64,000 nucleotides of DNA from Corallochytrium limacisporum Hawaii (lineage: Eukaryota > Protista > Pluriformea): NCBI GenBank assembly GCA_002811645.1, contig PDIP01000003.1:124001-188000 (forward strand), written 5' to 3'. Shown piece after piece: positions 1 through 13,781 of the stretch; positions within the stretch are counted from its first letter, which is position 1; each line of letters begins with the position of its first letter. A program made the position numbers and the translations under genes. Below the pieces are notes generated by a model, which was not told the DNA's origin, did not search any database, and was given only the letters and a program-made list of their open reading frames with translations.

Positions 1-3000
1 TGCATTCCAACCCAGCTGCACGGGAGAGTACAAAACCCTCAAATCAAGTCAACAGTGTCTCTGGAAATGCCACATCAACACGGATGACGAGTGTCGGCGA
101 GAATTGGAAACACTGTTTATCATGCGAAATACAAAAGTGTAAACGCCCACATGAGTAACCCCGGAGTTCTCATGATCTGCTGTTCTGCGATGCATTGCAA
201 GCCAGGCAACCGACCGAGGTAAGCCATATGTCTGACAGTCTCCAGTTGGAGTTGCTCGAGACAGGTCTGATCTCGCATCCGCCAACGCTATGTGTCAGTA
301 GAGGTTTGAATTATATGTATCGAAGACCAATGTTCGCCAACAAGCCATGTGCCTCTACCGAGTGTCTGGCCCAACCATCATCTTGCTTCCCCCGGAAATC
401 CTTGCTTGCTCTGTGCCCGAACAATTATGCGGGATGATTGCCGCACCGAAAGGGAAGGAAAGTGGATGTTGACGGGAAGCAAATAGAGGACGTGAAGTAC
501 CAAACTAAACCACGCTTTCCCACCAGAGCAAAAGGCATGCGGTTGAGGATAGATCGCCCGGGAATTTTAAGAGCAAATGTGGTGTCCCCCCGAAAGGGGA
601 CACGCAGTGCCGGTCCAAACCAGGGCGGTTGAAATCAAATTTCTGCGTGGGTGGAAATGAGAAGCAACTGTTCAAGCAAAACACAAGAGCACCAAGATAC
701 CCGTTCGTTCTATTGAGGAGGTAAACACTCTAGTATACCGGAGATTGATGCATCAGCAGTTCCTGAAATTGTCGTCTACCGTTCTTGTAGACATTGCTGG
801 AGTTCGGAAACGCCAACTGTGACGAGACTGAGACAGCTGTGGTGTGACCGATTAGAGAAAACTTGTTTACAAATACAGCTCAATCAAGTCCGATCCCTTT
901 CGCTTGTCCCCTTTTCTATTCCTTCGCAGACGAAAAAGAATTCTATGAGAAGGTTTGGAACGCAGAGCAGAGAGAGCAGCTTTCCCTCGTCCGGCGGTCA
1001 GTCTTCCACTGGTCCGGAGTATGACGCCTCCTCATCGTCAACGAGAGGAACGGCAGTCCAAGTTGGCTGCGGCTGCCATCGCTCGCACTTTCCACCCACG
1101 TCACTATGAAGCCCGACCCCCCGAGGAGGGAGGGTAAGTGGGACGAAGGAGTTGCAAAAATTATGGTCAGATTGTTCCTTGTGTTTGCTTGCCTCCTCTC
1201 GCTCCCTGCTTTTCGCTCACTATGGCTATACACTGTCCAAATAAAAATACAACCCCCCCGGATCCAAACATAGGGGGGCGGGGGAGAGGACCGAAGTCTC
1301 TGGTCTAGTGCTTGACGGATGCTTATGTGACATGCTAAACTCGAATAAGATCAAGGTAGCCCGTACAGTTCGTCCCAAGCGGGTGCCTGCTCATGGGGTT
1401 CGTATGGGAACCGTGTCATCTTCACTACAGAGAAGTAGAGAAGATCTGAGGGTCGGTCCCCAATGGACGAAAAGTCCTCCTTAACGGAGAACACGGAGGT
1501 GTAACAAAGATGAAACAGAAGAAGGAGGCATTCCTTCAGACTGCCCGACACATTACAACTTGGGAAAATACAACCGTTTACGGGGGTGAACATACTCAGA
1601 AGAGGTTAAGGGTCGTAGCTGGCCTACCGGCCCCCTGGTATATGTTCGCAGAGTCTACACCGCAAGAGAAGGCATTCAAATTAGGAAGATGAGCCGCTCA
1701 AAAGGGAGTGCAACCGGGGAATGTAGACGTAACTGAAAGCAGTCCCCCGAGCATCTATAGCGCGAATATAGGGCTGGCCCAATGACCCCGGAAGCTCCCA
1801 CTTCCTCGAGCATGCGAAAGTCCCGCCCGCAGGGGGGGGGAGAGGGGGAAAGGGGAGTGAGGTATCCTCACCAGCTCTACATCCGCCTCCTGCTCAAACA
1901 GCACCTGTCACCTGTCCATGTACTCTGCCGGTTATACGAACACCGTCTTCTGTCCCGTATTCTTCGCAATTGGTGTACGACACTTAGTTCCAGCGGCCCT
2001 CTCAGTTACTGCCACTAGCAACTAAGACGATCGAAGGATTATCTAGCAAAGCAGTTCCACAGACATTACATAGAAATTTACCACATCCCGCAGAGATGAA
2101 CTTACTAGTGCGCGAAAGTGTTCCCAACGTAAGCATACAAATCAACAGAACGACACCTTGCCTCTACTTCACACGTTCTCACTGAACGGAATTAGTGGGA
2201 CCGCAATACTATCATTTTCGAAGATAAACTACTCAAAACGAAGGTTCGGAAGAAGTGGGAATGAGGTGGGAGAAGCGGAGGAAAACCCCTCGGTCATACA
2301 CCACTGCCAGGTTGGCTTGCGGGAACCTTGTATTCCTCTACTAGATCTGTCTAGATCGAAAGGGACTGTTCATTATCGGATGCTCGTCTCTGAAAGTGTC
2401 AAGAAAGAATGACAGAGATGAATACAATCACAAAAAGTCTCGCTGAGCGCTCCATTCTTAGACGAGCTGTTGAGTGCCTCACAAGAGTCTCACGCAGGGG
2501 AACCGCCACGAACTGCGAACCACGGGTACAGGGTTACATCGCAGAGCAACGGAAAACTGTTTTGGGCGCTCCGTTCCGCAACACCCAACCCCGATAGATG
2601 GACTAAGTTTCTCAGCAAGTCCGTTACTTGAAACATATACCAAGCAGGGGAAAGTAGCTTTTTGGAAACAATTCCGCGATGGAATCTGATTCTTCATATA
2701 TCTGTTTTATACATAAATCCCGGAAACAGTCACTTCTAATACTTGATGTTCCCTCTCCCATCTCACCTGTGGTTTAGGCATGCGGAGAAAAGAATATTTC
2801 TCACTGAGCATAAGGTCCGTAATTCGTTCCTATGTGGCATGCAACAGTGAATATCGGACATCCACCGGCGACTAGAACGGTTGTGTACATTCAGTCAATG
2901 AACGGCATGTACGATGGGCCCATCGTTTGTTTTCCATCCATCCCCGTGTGTCACCTTTGATCTCGGCGTCTTTTCACAGGCGTCAGCTTCAATGCAGCAA

Positions 3001-6000
3001 TTGTGTCCACCGAACGAGGAAGGAAGCATAACTGTGGGTGTGTCTCTTTGGTATGAACTGTTTACCGAAGGATTGAATTTATGGAGTTGAAGCGTTGTGT
3101 CAGACGGAGAAAACTTCAGAGCGAAAGAAAGGTAAACCAACATCTTAGGTACTCGCGACAACCCCAATCCCTCCAATGAAGACAGTTTCGAGGGTACCGA
3201 CAAAAGTCCTTAAGGTCACGTATTGTACAAACCCACTTTGTTGGCAAAGCGCCATTGTACATCAATGCAACAAGCCTTTTCTGTTGCACTTCTCGTCGTT
3301 CCGAAACCAGTCTTTATCCATAGTAAACATGCACTTCGGCATTAGTACAATAGTGAAGTATATCATCCTATTCTCGTGTCTGTCAGTTGATATTTTAGCA
3401 GTAAGACGAGTATCAAACAATACAATACAACAACAATTAAAAAAATGCCGCAGAGAGGGGTTCGAAGGGTCATCCACACATGTCGTCGCCGGGTATGTAG
3501 GAATGGGCCGGTGATGTTCTTGCTCTGCATATAGAGGAATCTTAAGTGAAGCAGACATGCTGCATCCATTACACGCACGTAGCCACGCTTCGGGCATGCG
3601 GTGGTTCTTGCGACTGTCAGTTTTGTGTCCGTTCGGGCTTTGTGATTCGATATCTTCTTTCGCTCCGCTGTGGATTACGGACTAGAGTGTGTTCTCACTT
3701 CAATTACACCGACCTGCCTTTTTTGCAAGGTACACCGGTTGTAAGGTTCGATATTCAGCACTGCAATGCATAGCAATAAGTGTTCTATCGAATGCATATG
3801 GACAAAGAATCTGTTGATGATGAAGTCAGATAGAAATCACCGTAAGGTCCGGCGATCAAATATACCGCGGTTACCTCGGTGTTGAGAATTCGCATATGTC
3901 TACAAAGGTATTGAACACTACGTCGCTACGTTTAGTTCTGCTCGGTTAAGTAGTGTCCCATGACGAAATTGGTACAGTCTGTGTGTCGAATTGTTCAATA
4001 AAACAATAGAATGCTAAGGAATTAAGCTTAAGGATGCTAACCAAACCGGACTAAAACTGAGAATCTTCGCGATCCCAAACTGTCCCAATTCTTCTGAGCG
4101 ATGAACCTGTGATAAAACTTGCATGTTGGCTGTGTTGTTTGTGTTGTTTCAGTTATATTTGTCCGTTGCGATGGTAAACCCTTGGGGAACTGCATGTATC
4201 ATTGTCTTCCCATCGCTAGACTCTCACTTGTGCCCTGTAGTTGATGATTCCCATAAACACACTCCCGAAATATGTTGACTAGATCATGGCTTGGTTCCGC
4301 GTGCCCTGGTTTTGAGCTATGCAGCACTGTGTTGCGGCAACTTGTGCTAACCCGAAATCATCGGGTTGGCAATGAATTCACTGAGAGCACCCAAAGTCCA
4401 CTAGTCAGCAGCAAATGCATGTGTTCTCAGGGACATATGAGGAGTTTTCTGGGAGGGACATCGATTTTGAGGTGTCCAAGCGCATCTCCAACTGTTACAC
4501 AATCATTGTTCAATAGTTTGCAGATGAGAACCGGAGCCCGTTTTCTGCTCGCACATTGTTCATGTTGTTTCTATGCGAAATGCATTAACCATCAAGGCAG
4601 ATGACTTTCTTTCACACAAGCTGCATAGTCATTCGAAATTCATGCACATTGTGTTCGTGCAAACGTCGCATGAAAACTTTTATGGTTCGCTTCCAGTTTC
4701 GTTCTCTAATTTCTACTTCTTCCCGCGAATATTTTTTAAGGCTCCCTGTGAGCCATTTTCATTAACAGAAGCAAATAGCGATTCACTCCGGTACTTTCTT
4801 CCCTGGTTGTCGTTTTCTGTTGGTCACTGCGAAACCCAACCACAGACCGCGTTCCCTTCCCATTCGTCTTAGTGTTGCGGTCGCTTATGCAAACCTGAAA
4901 GCAAGGTACACATTGAATAAACATTGACAGTAATCTTTGACACCAGTGTCCCTTATTGGATGCACGAGATACCTTAACACTGTGGTTGTTTTCGAACAAA
5001 ACCAGCATATCTATGTCGTGATGATTCTGCATTTATTTACCATCACAACTCGTTGGGTTTTTCTTCATTAATTCTTCTTACCTCTCCTTAACTTCTCTTT
5101 TGCGTTTCAGGGAAGCAGCGAGCCAGCCAGAGAAAACCCCCATCAGAACCGGGCGGCTGTTGTGGTTTTCTACACCAGCGCGCACGCTCTGCGTCTGAGA
5201 ATGAGTTACGTACACATCACTACAACAGTTTGGGACACCGCCCCCCGCCCCCCTTCTTCTGACCGTTCCCATTTTACCTCTGCATAATTATGTCTGCATC
5301 CCATGTCTTCAATGAAATGGTCCGTGAGCCGGTGACCACTGAGTACAATCTCACACAAAGCATATCGAATGGAACAGCGCAAAAAGAATTTTAGAAAAAA
5401 AAACACACACTTATCGACAGTCTCTAGGTTACATACGGTTTCATCTACAAACCAACCGCGCTCGGGGATGAGCCCGCAGAAAGCCGTGAGCGTGCCGAGT
5501 ACTAATGAAGGGATGAAGTATCTCCATTTGTTCTATTTCAAGAGTATTACACTTCCCCCCACCCCTTCTTATCTCGATGCACAAACTACAAATTCCAGTG
5601 TCTATCTGCCCCTCCCACTTCATCACTCCTATCTATCACTGGTGTCGGATTGGCTTGTTTTGTTGGCTAAACTCAACGAGTTCAAAATTACGAATGCAAG
5701 GGTTAGAATAGAAACAGAAAACAACCGTTGCTTTTTGCCACCTTCATTACGTACACAACCCTCGTACAAATCCAGTGTCACTCTGCTCTCTTCATTCTCC
5801 TGTCTCAAGTACCAACGAACTGTTGCGAGACTGATTTTGTTAACTGTTTCAACAAAGAGGGGGGCGGACCCGTTCCCCTGTCTACACTTGCATACATATG
5901 CAACTGTATCCAAGGCTTCAAAACGTGAAGTGTCCAACACAAACTTGATGGAGAGCAGCTTTCTCGTCATGTGTTTCCTGGCTTGAGCTCATGTGGATAC

Positions 6001-9000
6001 CGGGACATGTTTGAGGGTCTTGGTCTTCATATTTTCATGGTGTAGAAGTATCTAATATTCATGATCTGTTCATAGATGTCGTGAATGCCCATTCATACAT
6101 GCTACCCGTGAAGGAACTCTAGTGCTTTCATAGATGTGAAGTTGAAGTCAGTTTCAATGCTCTCAATTTTATCCAAGACCAACCCTAAAGTGAAAGCATC
6201 CAGTGTGTTATGACCTAGAGGGTGGTGGTCATTACACCCAAATTTGACTAAGACTATTTAAAGTTCAAAATACACATTTAGACAGACTCACATTGACAAA
6301 TGTCAGTGCTACGTCCGCAGCGACCCTCGATTGTTGAGAATGAATAAGGCATCTCGGAGTAAATCAACTAAGACTTACCAAGTCCGATGGATATAATAAG
6401 TCTGCGAGGTTGCACTAGGAGATGATAGAGGAAGAATACAATGCATAATGAATATTTTGACCCGTAACATTCCGTGGCAGAGTATGTGTCTTTTGGTCAT
6501 GAACTTTGTGGGCAATTTCAATGGACAGATGAATCGTTTCCTTCTAATGATCCTGCTTCTTTCATCACTTTCCCTCTCTTGCTTGTTTGACACAGTGGTA
6601 TGTATAATGATCAAGAGAGAATGGTGTACTCACCGGCAAACTTTGCACCCTGCCGCTCCCACCGTAATTACACTGTCCCAAGCAACAATAACAATACTTT
6701 TTAGATAGAAGTAAACAAAAATCGTTGTAGTCACAGCTTTTTTGATAGCTGTAATAAACCCACCAGCACATCCACAACCACCACAACCCCGTCCAATTCA
6801 CCCCCCCCGCCCCATGGGAGTCGAACATCAACTGGAATCATTTCACATTGGTGATTCCAGAATGTGAATAGTTGAAAGTCGCTGAGGTCGAACCCGCCCA
6901 ATTTCTTACGAACGGGCTTCAGTATATGTGGTATTGTGTGCTACAGAGAATTTGAGAGTTGTCCAGGTTGGGAGGGTGGGGAACCTCGCCCATCTTAGCC
7001 GGCGGCAAAGGAGATACGACTTTAACGACTGAAGAGAAAGGAAACCTCCCTTCCAAACCGGCCATCAACCGTTTGGAACTTTGCGGAAATGCACCACAGA
7101 AAAACTTCACTCTCTTCAACCCAAATTCCTGACCGTGAGGACTGGCGCAATCGCCACGAGCAGAAGACGACGCATTCTCTATTGAACTGCATGGGAAAAG
7201 GACGCGGGCCGTTTTGAGGCCCGCAGTGAAGCAATGAAGAAAAACATGATCGAATTCGGAGGCACGGGTGGGTGAAGATCAGTACGGCCAGGCCCTTCTC
7301 TTGTGCTCGTCCTCTATTGTGACGCACCCGTGTGCTGGTGCTGCTAATGGCAATCAAAAACCCATGAGGTTGTCGGTACTGTCACAACAACGGACTACCG
7401 AAGCACACTTGGGTCGAGACAGTGCCCGAGACAGCACAGCCGATTGAGGGCGCATTGAAACGTTGCTCTCGAACCTATTCCATACACAGGGTTGGAAACA
7501 GACCTCACTGTTGTGCTTACTCATATCATCATTAGGAGTTCCTTATACTGCACCATAGTGTGCCTATACTATAGGCATGGAGTGCGCTCGCGCACACGAT
7601 ACCCTAAAGCCGGTGCCATGGGTTCACCTCACTGTCCATGGTTTCTGCTACTCCATCTGCCGTCAGCACAGCATCAACAGTAGTGCACACTTTGATTGAC
7701 AACAAGCTCAAATTTATCCGCTTGTACCCACCACCACCACTACAGACAACAACACGAGTATTCCGGTATCCAAAACAAGCGTCATCATTCCTCATCATCG
7801 TGGCGGCCCGTCCCCACCGTCACTATAAATCACAGCACAGTACAACACTGACCGAGAGCAAGTTCGCCATGAGCCATTCACCTAGCAAGTGACTATATGG
7901 AGAACCATTGTGACCGATTTCCATGTGACACTGTGAACAACAATAGAGCATGCTCAGTGTGAGAGGAATCACGAGGATTTCGAGCACGTAGCCCAGCTCA
8001 GCAATGTGTTAGGATGGGCGCTTCGTGCTGTTCCGTTAAACACGAATTTGCGTTGCACATAGTGGATAATGCTATACCCAGTATGGTATGGTACCATTTA
8101 GCGGTGATGTGGGTTCGTGATGTGAGTAGGGTTCGGGCTATTTGCAATCATTCCCTATGATCACACACATTTGCGGAGACACACACAGTAGCGGACAGCC
8201 CAGAGGTTTTGGGTGCGAATCCCAGACCGCTCACACTACTGGCGTACAGTCTATAATGTCGCGAATTGCGCGACCGGCCCAATCGAATCCTAACCATATT
8301 ACTACGCTGCCCGGTACGCTACTGAGGAGAAGGTTTGGAATGAGAGAAGACGAAATTTCCACCGGAAGTAAAGAAACTGGAGAAAAAAGTGTGGGTGGGC
8401 GAGAGTGTGCAGGTGCGCAATAGCACCGCTTGCTCCTGCTCGCTCGCACAAGAAAATTCTGAAACTACTTCACATAACATACTAAGGGCGGTGTGCCCAC
8501 AGAAGTTACTGGCATTCTTGTGCTTCTCCAAGCGCCGAATAGGTGTGTTCTTCTCAGTTTAAGAGGCAAGTTCTGGGTGTGCGTCCTTACCCGGTGATAA
8601 TTTCATACTAAGGGTATTGAGGGTATTTTGCAAGCTGATCTGACATCAAATCCCCACAGGTACCAAAAAGCACTGTTGTTATTGTTCGAAATTTCCTGGT
8701 CTGTCTTTTTCTGCAACTCCAAATGTACAACATCCGCACCTGACAGTTGATCTGTGCAAGTGGAGCTGAAGAAAAAACGCCGAAACGGCAAGGAGCGGAC
8801 AGCAAGCCAGCAAGATTTTTATGCGCGTGGTTATGTTGGGGCTTACCCTATACTAAACATAGTCTTTGGAAAATGAAAAAAAAATGAACAGCTCCAACAA
8901 TGGGAATGTGCTCTGGGAGAAGAAAAAAATTAGTATCGGAGAGGCATAGCGCGACCTCGTGGTTGATTTTTTTCGCCCTTTTAAAGCTCTGAGCTTGAAT

Positions 9001-12000
9001 CCTTAATATTAAAAAAATAGCAAAGAGAAAATAAATACCGAGGGAGAAAAACTATAGAAACCGCAAAGACGAAGAAAAAGATAAAGCCTTGAGCGCGCGC
9101 ATCTTTACAGCACATCCACTGCGGATCGAAATCCCAATGCTGACTCTATCCTTGAATTTTCCAATTTTCTTAACAGATATTGCAGGGGGTGCTGCAGTTT
9201 CTCGTTGTCTTCCGTGTGCATGTGCGTCGTGGATGGGCCAGACAATGACCTCAAAAAAAAAGGAACGCCCAGAAAGCACAGCCACACCCTTCAGCCATAT
9301 CTCTCCTCTTTTGGGAGACTTTGATAGATTTCTATAGTAAAATGGACGGTGACGAAGTCAATAAACAAAGGACGCGGGGACAAGACGACTGAGTATATGG
9401 GACACAGTACCGGAGGGTTCACCCCGTGGGCTGGTGGTCCGACCAATGTCAGGAAGGAGAAGAAAGCGCGCCGACTTTTTTTTCCCCCTCTTGTCCCTCT
9501 CTTCAACCCGCAGAGTACCTAGTGGATCCGGAATCTCAGCCATAATATCAACCTCCCGCCAATCTTATTTGCCTACACCCGACGGAGATGGGAGGGATGA
9601 GAGAGTGACGACAATGAGAGCACCTCGAGCATGCCGTCAGACACTCTCTGCCACAAATAACCGCCGGATACCCTTCTTCACACAGTTCCCGCACAGCGAG
9701 GCGTCCCGCTTCGACGCACCACTACGCCCATCCACTCGACATCTAGGGCTGATCCAAACCATTAACCACGGGTTATGACACCCACACTGCTGGCTGCAAC
9801 GTTTATCGACCATCAACTTCATGTCCTGCATGCACAGAGCTCAATAGATCATTTTTTCAATGATGATAGGTGTACCCAGACATGCAGCGGATCAGCAGAT
9901 AGAGCGATGTACCACAGTAGTGACTGTTTGGGGGTTCTGAATCACAGTGTCGGTGACCACTCGGAGGCAAATCCATAGTCACATGCATAAAGCGTAGTGC
10001 AGGCCATCGGGCCTGCCACGCGAGCAAGAGCAACTGTCATCGTCGACACACAGTGGAAAAACCCAAAAGAGCTGGGACTGTCAGAGTTCCTGTCCCGTTC
10101 CTTAAAGGCCACACTCGAGTGCGCGCAGGTTCTTCATTGCCCTGCCGTTGACCACCAAACTCTCCCTAGCGCCGGTTTCTTCGCCAACCGTCAATAAAAT
10201 TTCTTCATACATTGAAGCGCCATCTTCTGCTCACTCGTCCTAATCTGTTTAACAGCGCAACCTCTTGAAACAGTGTATACTGAAACGAGTCGTTGCCCTG
10301 TCACTCGCTCCATGCACTCTCCTCCTGCAATAATTTTTTTCTTCAAAGTTTCGTTCCCGCCCACGGAGACTATCCTCCTAATACTTACTCTGCGTTCGTT
10401 TTCTCTTTTCCTCATGGCGGTCTCTCCACTGTGAGTGCTGCGGTATATTTTCTTTTCTTCTTTTTCATTTGTTCTCATTATTTTCACATTTTCTAAACCC
10501 AGCAGATACCCCGTCACACCACCACGCCCTTTCCTTTGCTCCCATCCATCAGCTGAACCACACACAAGTACACCCCTTATTGCTGGCCCTACCCGTCGGA
10601 AGAATTCATTTCAAACTTAATGTACTGAGAAGTCTCGTGCTTATATTAGGTGGAAATAAATTATGTTGTCCATTTTTGTGAGGGTTTCCGGCAGGTGTGC
10701 TGCACCACTCCTGATGTGGGAGCAGTTTGCTGCGTGCTTTTGTTTCTATTTGCGTAAAATCCCCCACTCCCCTTTGCTGTAATCCAATTGCCTTTGCCAT
10801 AAATTAAGTATGAAACTGACCGAAACAATTGAGACAGATGACGCAAAGACGTACGGTCCGCGCCCGGAAACAGTAAACCTTTTTCGAAAGAAAAGGGTGA
10901 ACAAGTACCTTTAAAAGTGGATGCATCAGAGCCCCACCTCTGAACTCAGCCCGGGCAGTGTCTCGAATTTTTTCTATAGAATTTATGTGGAATTTCTTTT
11001 CCGCACTAGCTAGGCCGTGCCTTCTTAGCTCCTTTTAAGTCTCCGTGAGTGTCTGGACACCGTGCTCTGTCCCTCTCTCAGTGGTCGCCATCAGACCCAA
11101 CCCTCTCCCACCCCCAGAAACCCCTGAACTTCAAGACTGCATGTTCCTCAAAATTCTAACCGTGAAAATATGCAAGGAGAAGACGAATAGAAGTTGTATA
11201 TGAAACACGGCAGTAAGGGAAACAAGGAGTACGTCCTAACTGTCACAATGTGATTTTTCTACCGTTTTCTTTCCCCCTCCCTCTTGACTCTCCCTTTCCC
11301 CCCTTCTTGCGCCTAAGCTTGGAGATCACCACCACCAGCTCCGCCTTGAACTCCTCCCTTTGCCGAAGAGTTTTCCGAGCCTTCTCATTAACTATGTCCA
11401 ATGAACTGTAATATTGACGAAGGGTAGGGAGTGGGTGTGGGATCTCTGCATGACTGTATCCCTGTGGTTAGTTGGTGAGGCGGTGGGATTAGGTGTCTAG
11501 TGTGGTAGAATGTTAAGGAGGATGGAGAGAGGGATGAAAGGAAGGGAGTAAGAGACGACAAAAGTTGATGAATTTCGAACTCCCTCCCCCCATTTCTTAT
11601 TTTCTGTGAGGAAAAAGTCACCGGTCTTTTTACGGGGATACGATACCGGGGAACCTGCTCAAATCAGAAGGACGACAGAAACAAAATGACAAAGGCGAAA
11701 GGGAGGGGAGGAGGAGGAAGGGGGGGGAAGCTGCATCATCCGTCTGCAGCTGCATCATCCGTCGCCCGCCACCCACCCCCCCTTCTCCCCGAACCCCGCG
11801 TTTCTTGTTGTGGTTGACTCTGTCTGAGTAAGCGGGAGGGTGGCCTCCCTTGTGCGCTGTGGGTCTGATCTCGCTTTCCCCTCTCCCCCTCTTTTTTTCC
11901 TGCTTTCCCCCCCTTTCCCCCTCTTGTTTGGGGTCCCGCACCGACCATCAAAAGAAGGGCTATGGAGTATAGGAGAGTGCACGGAGAGATAGAGGCCCCG

Positions 12001-12398
12001 GGGAGCTCAAGGCGCGCTGTTTTGGAGACACTTCAGCTTGTCCTTCCGGGGGTTCCTGTGGGTGTTCTAGTGCGTTACGGGGCCTTTTGAACACGACAAA
12101 TGGGGGAAAAGGTGGGAAGACGGGGAACGAATGCGAGATGTGCATGAACCCTCGCACAGCTGACCCAACCCGGGTTAAAAAAAATCCGAGATTCAGCAGT
12201 CACTGGTGCGACTGGTGTCATGGTATATAGAGATCTAGGATCTATAAAGGTCAGGACGGATACCGGCATGTATAACAGTGACTGTATATATTCGTACCCA
12301 ATCACTGAGAGAAGTTCACCCTAGAATGTGAAAAGGTATATTATGGCATGCAGCTACTGATAGTCGAAGAGGAATAGCACAGGTATCTAGAATGAAGA

Positions 12399-13562
12399 AT
12401 GTCAACTGGTGACCATACGGAATCTTGGCGAGAAGCTGCAACCAACCCTTCGATAGCACAAAACCAAACAGGAAAGGCTGTGACCGATTTACCCGAAGCA
12501 ATAATGGCAACTACTGAGCATCCCAATCAGTCCTCCTACTGGGCTGATCCCAGCCAGCTGGCCGGATCGTACCTTGATTATGATCAGTACTACAGCCAGC
12601 CCACCGGCACTCAGACCACGAGGCTGAGCCAACAGCTCCCCACTGGCTTTGGCCAACAAGCAACTACTACCTCCACAACGGCTCCCTACTTGCACGGCCG
12701 TACTTCTGGTCAGTACTCAGCTGCTGACTACTATGCCGCAGAGTTCTACGGTGCCACCGGCTCCACCGGCCAACAGAGTAGTGCCTCGATGTACCCGAGC
12801 CACTACACCAACCCTGCCCTGCACTCCAAGAGTGGCAACCAACTGACCGTCGGTAGCGCGTCTCCGCCTACTGCTGCCAGCTACGTCAGCCAGGTCGCAA
12901 GCATGGAGAAGCTGGCTACCAGCCCCAGCACTTACAGTTTGCAGAGCATCCCGAGTATGAACATGATTGACTCCAGGCGCCAGTCCCTGAGCGAAGCTCT
13001 GGTCGGCGCGAGCTACGACCGGCGCAGCTCCAGCTGGAGCACCGCAGGAATTGTGCCCCAGAGCCAGCCAGCGGCAAGCGCCTACAACCCTGGGCAGCTG
13101 ACTGCGACTAGCAGTGTCTCCAGCCTTGCCAACGAGACCGGGCCGCGCAAGCTCCAGCCGACGTCCCGTGCTCCCCTTATCGACCACAACACTGTGGCTA
13201 TGTCTGCGGGTGGCAACCCTAAGAAGTTTGTGTGCCCCTGGCCCGGCTGTGGTAAGCGCTACACCAAGTCCAGCCATTGCAGTGCCCACTACCGTCTGCA
13301 CACTGGCGAGAAGCCCTACAAGTGTAAGTATGACGGTTGCAACGAGGTCTTTGCTCGCTCCGACGAACTTACCCGTCACCACCGCGTCCATAGCGGTGAG
13401 AAGAGCTTCATCTGCGACACTTGCGGTCGTGCCTTTGCCCGCTCTGACCATCGCTCTGCCCATCAGAAGCTGCACAAGCGCGATGCTGCACTTGGAAAGC
13501 GTGGCGTCGGCTCGTATGGCATGAAGCACAAGCATCTGCCCACCAATAAGCAATCATCATAA
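12399..13562 (+). CDS. Kruppel-like factor (KLF/Sp family) C2H2 zinc-finger transcription factor; start may be the second ATG at 12504
   Basis: Three C-terminal C2H2 fingers with KLF-type recognition helices: [44 protein letters not shown]-rich low-complexity N-terminus and C-ending codon bias. Confidence 0.93.
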   Translation: MSTGDHTESWREAATNPSIAQNQTGKAVTDLPEAIMATTEHPNQSSYWADPSQLAGSYLDYDQYYSQPTGTQTTRLSQQLPTGFGQQATTTSTTAPYLHGRTSGQYSAADYYAAEFYGATGSTGQQSSASMYPSHYTNPALHSKSGNQLTVGSASPPTAASYVSQVASMEKLATSPSTYSLQSIPSMNMIDSRRQSLSEALVGASYDRRSSSWSTAGIVPQSQPAASAYNPGQLTATSSVSSLANETGPRKLQPTSRAPLIDHNTVAMSAGGNPKKFVCPWPGCGKRYTKSSHCSAHYRLHTGEKPYKCKYDGCNEVFARSDELTRHHRVHSGEKSFICDTCGRAFARSDHRSAHQKLHKRDAALGKRGVGSYGMKHKHLPTNKQSS

Positions 13563-13781
13563 GTCGTGCACATCAACCATGCAAATTCTCAACATCTTTG
13601 GCATACGTTTACCATAATTTTTTTCTTCGTAGTAGAACACTGAGACTACAGGTAATGAAATACATAAATAATTATTTTCACTTAAAATTGCTCACTGCTG
13701 TCCGCTTCACCATCTATATACTATTTCCTGCTGTGTGCTGTCTATTTTTGTAATTAAAAAGTAGTCCCTCTTCGTCAATTG

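Noticed and set aside
5369-5986. 205-aa plus-strand ORF
   Set aside because: No domain or coding bias; the opposite strand looks at least as coding-like.
6375-6614. FICPLKLPTKFMTKRHILCH resembling a C2H2 finger
   Set aside because: Second Cys and last His are missing; probably chance.
6800-6900. tRNA gene suggested by GTTCGAC T-loop-like motifs
   Set aside because: No cloverleaf, acceptor stem or D-arm could be built.
12717-13553. 278-aa ORF antisense to the KLF gene, and similar shadow ORFs inside other genes
   Set aside because: Shadow frames produced by the codon bias of the real gene; no recognisable motifs.
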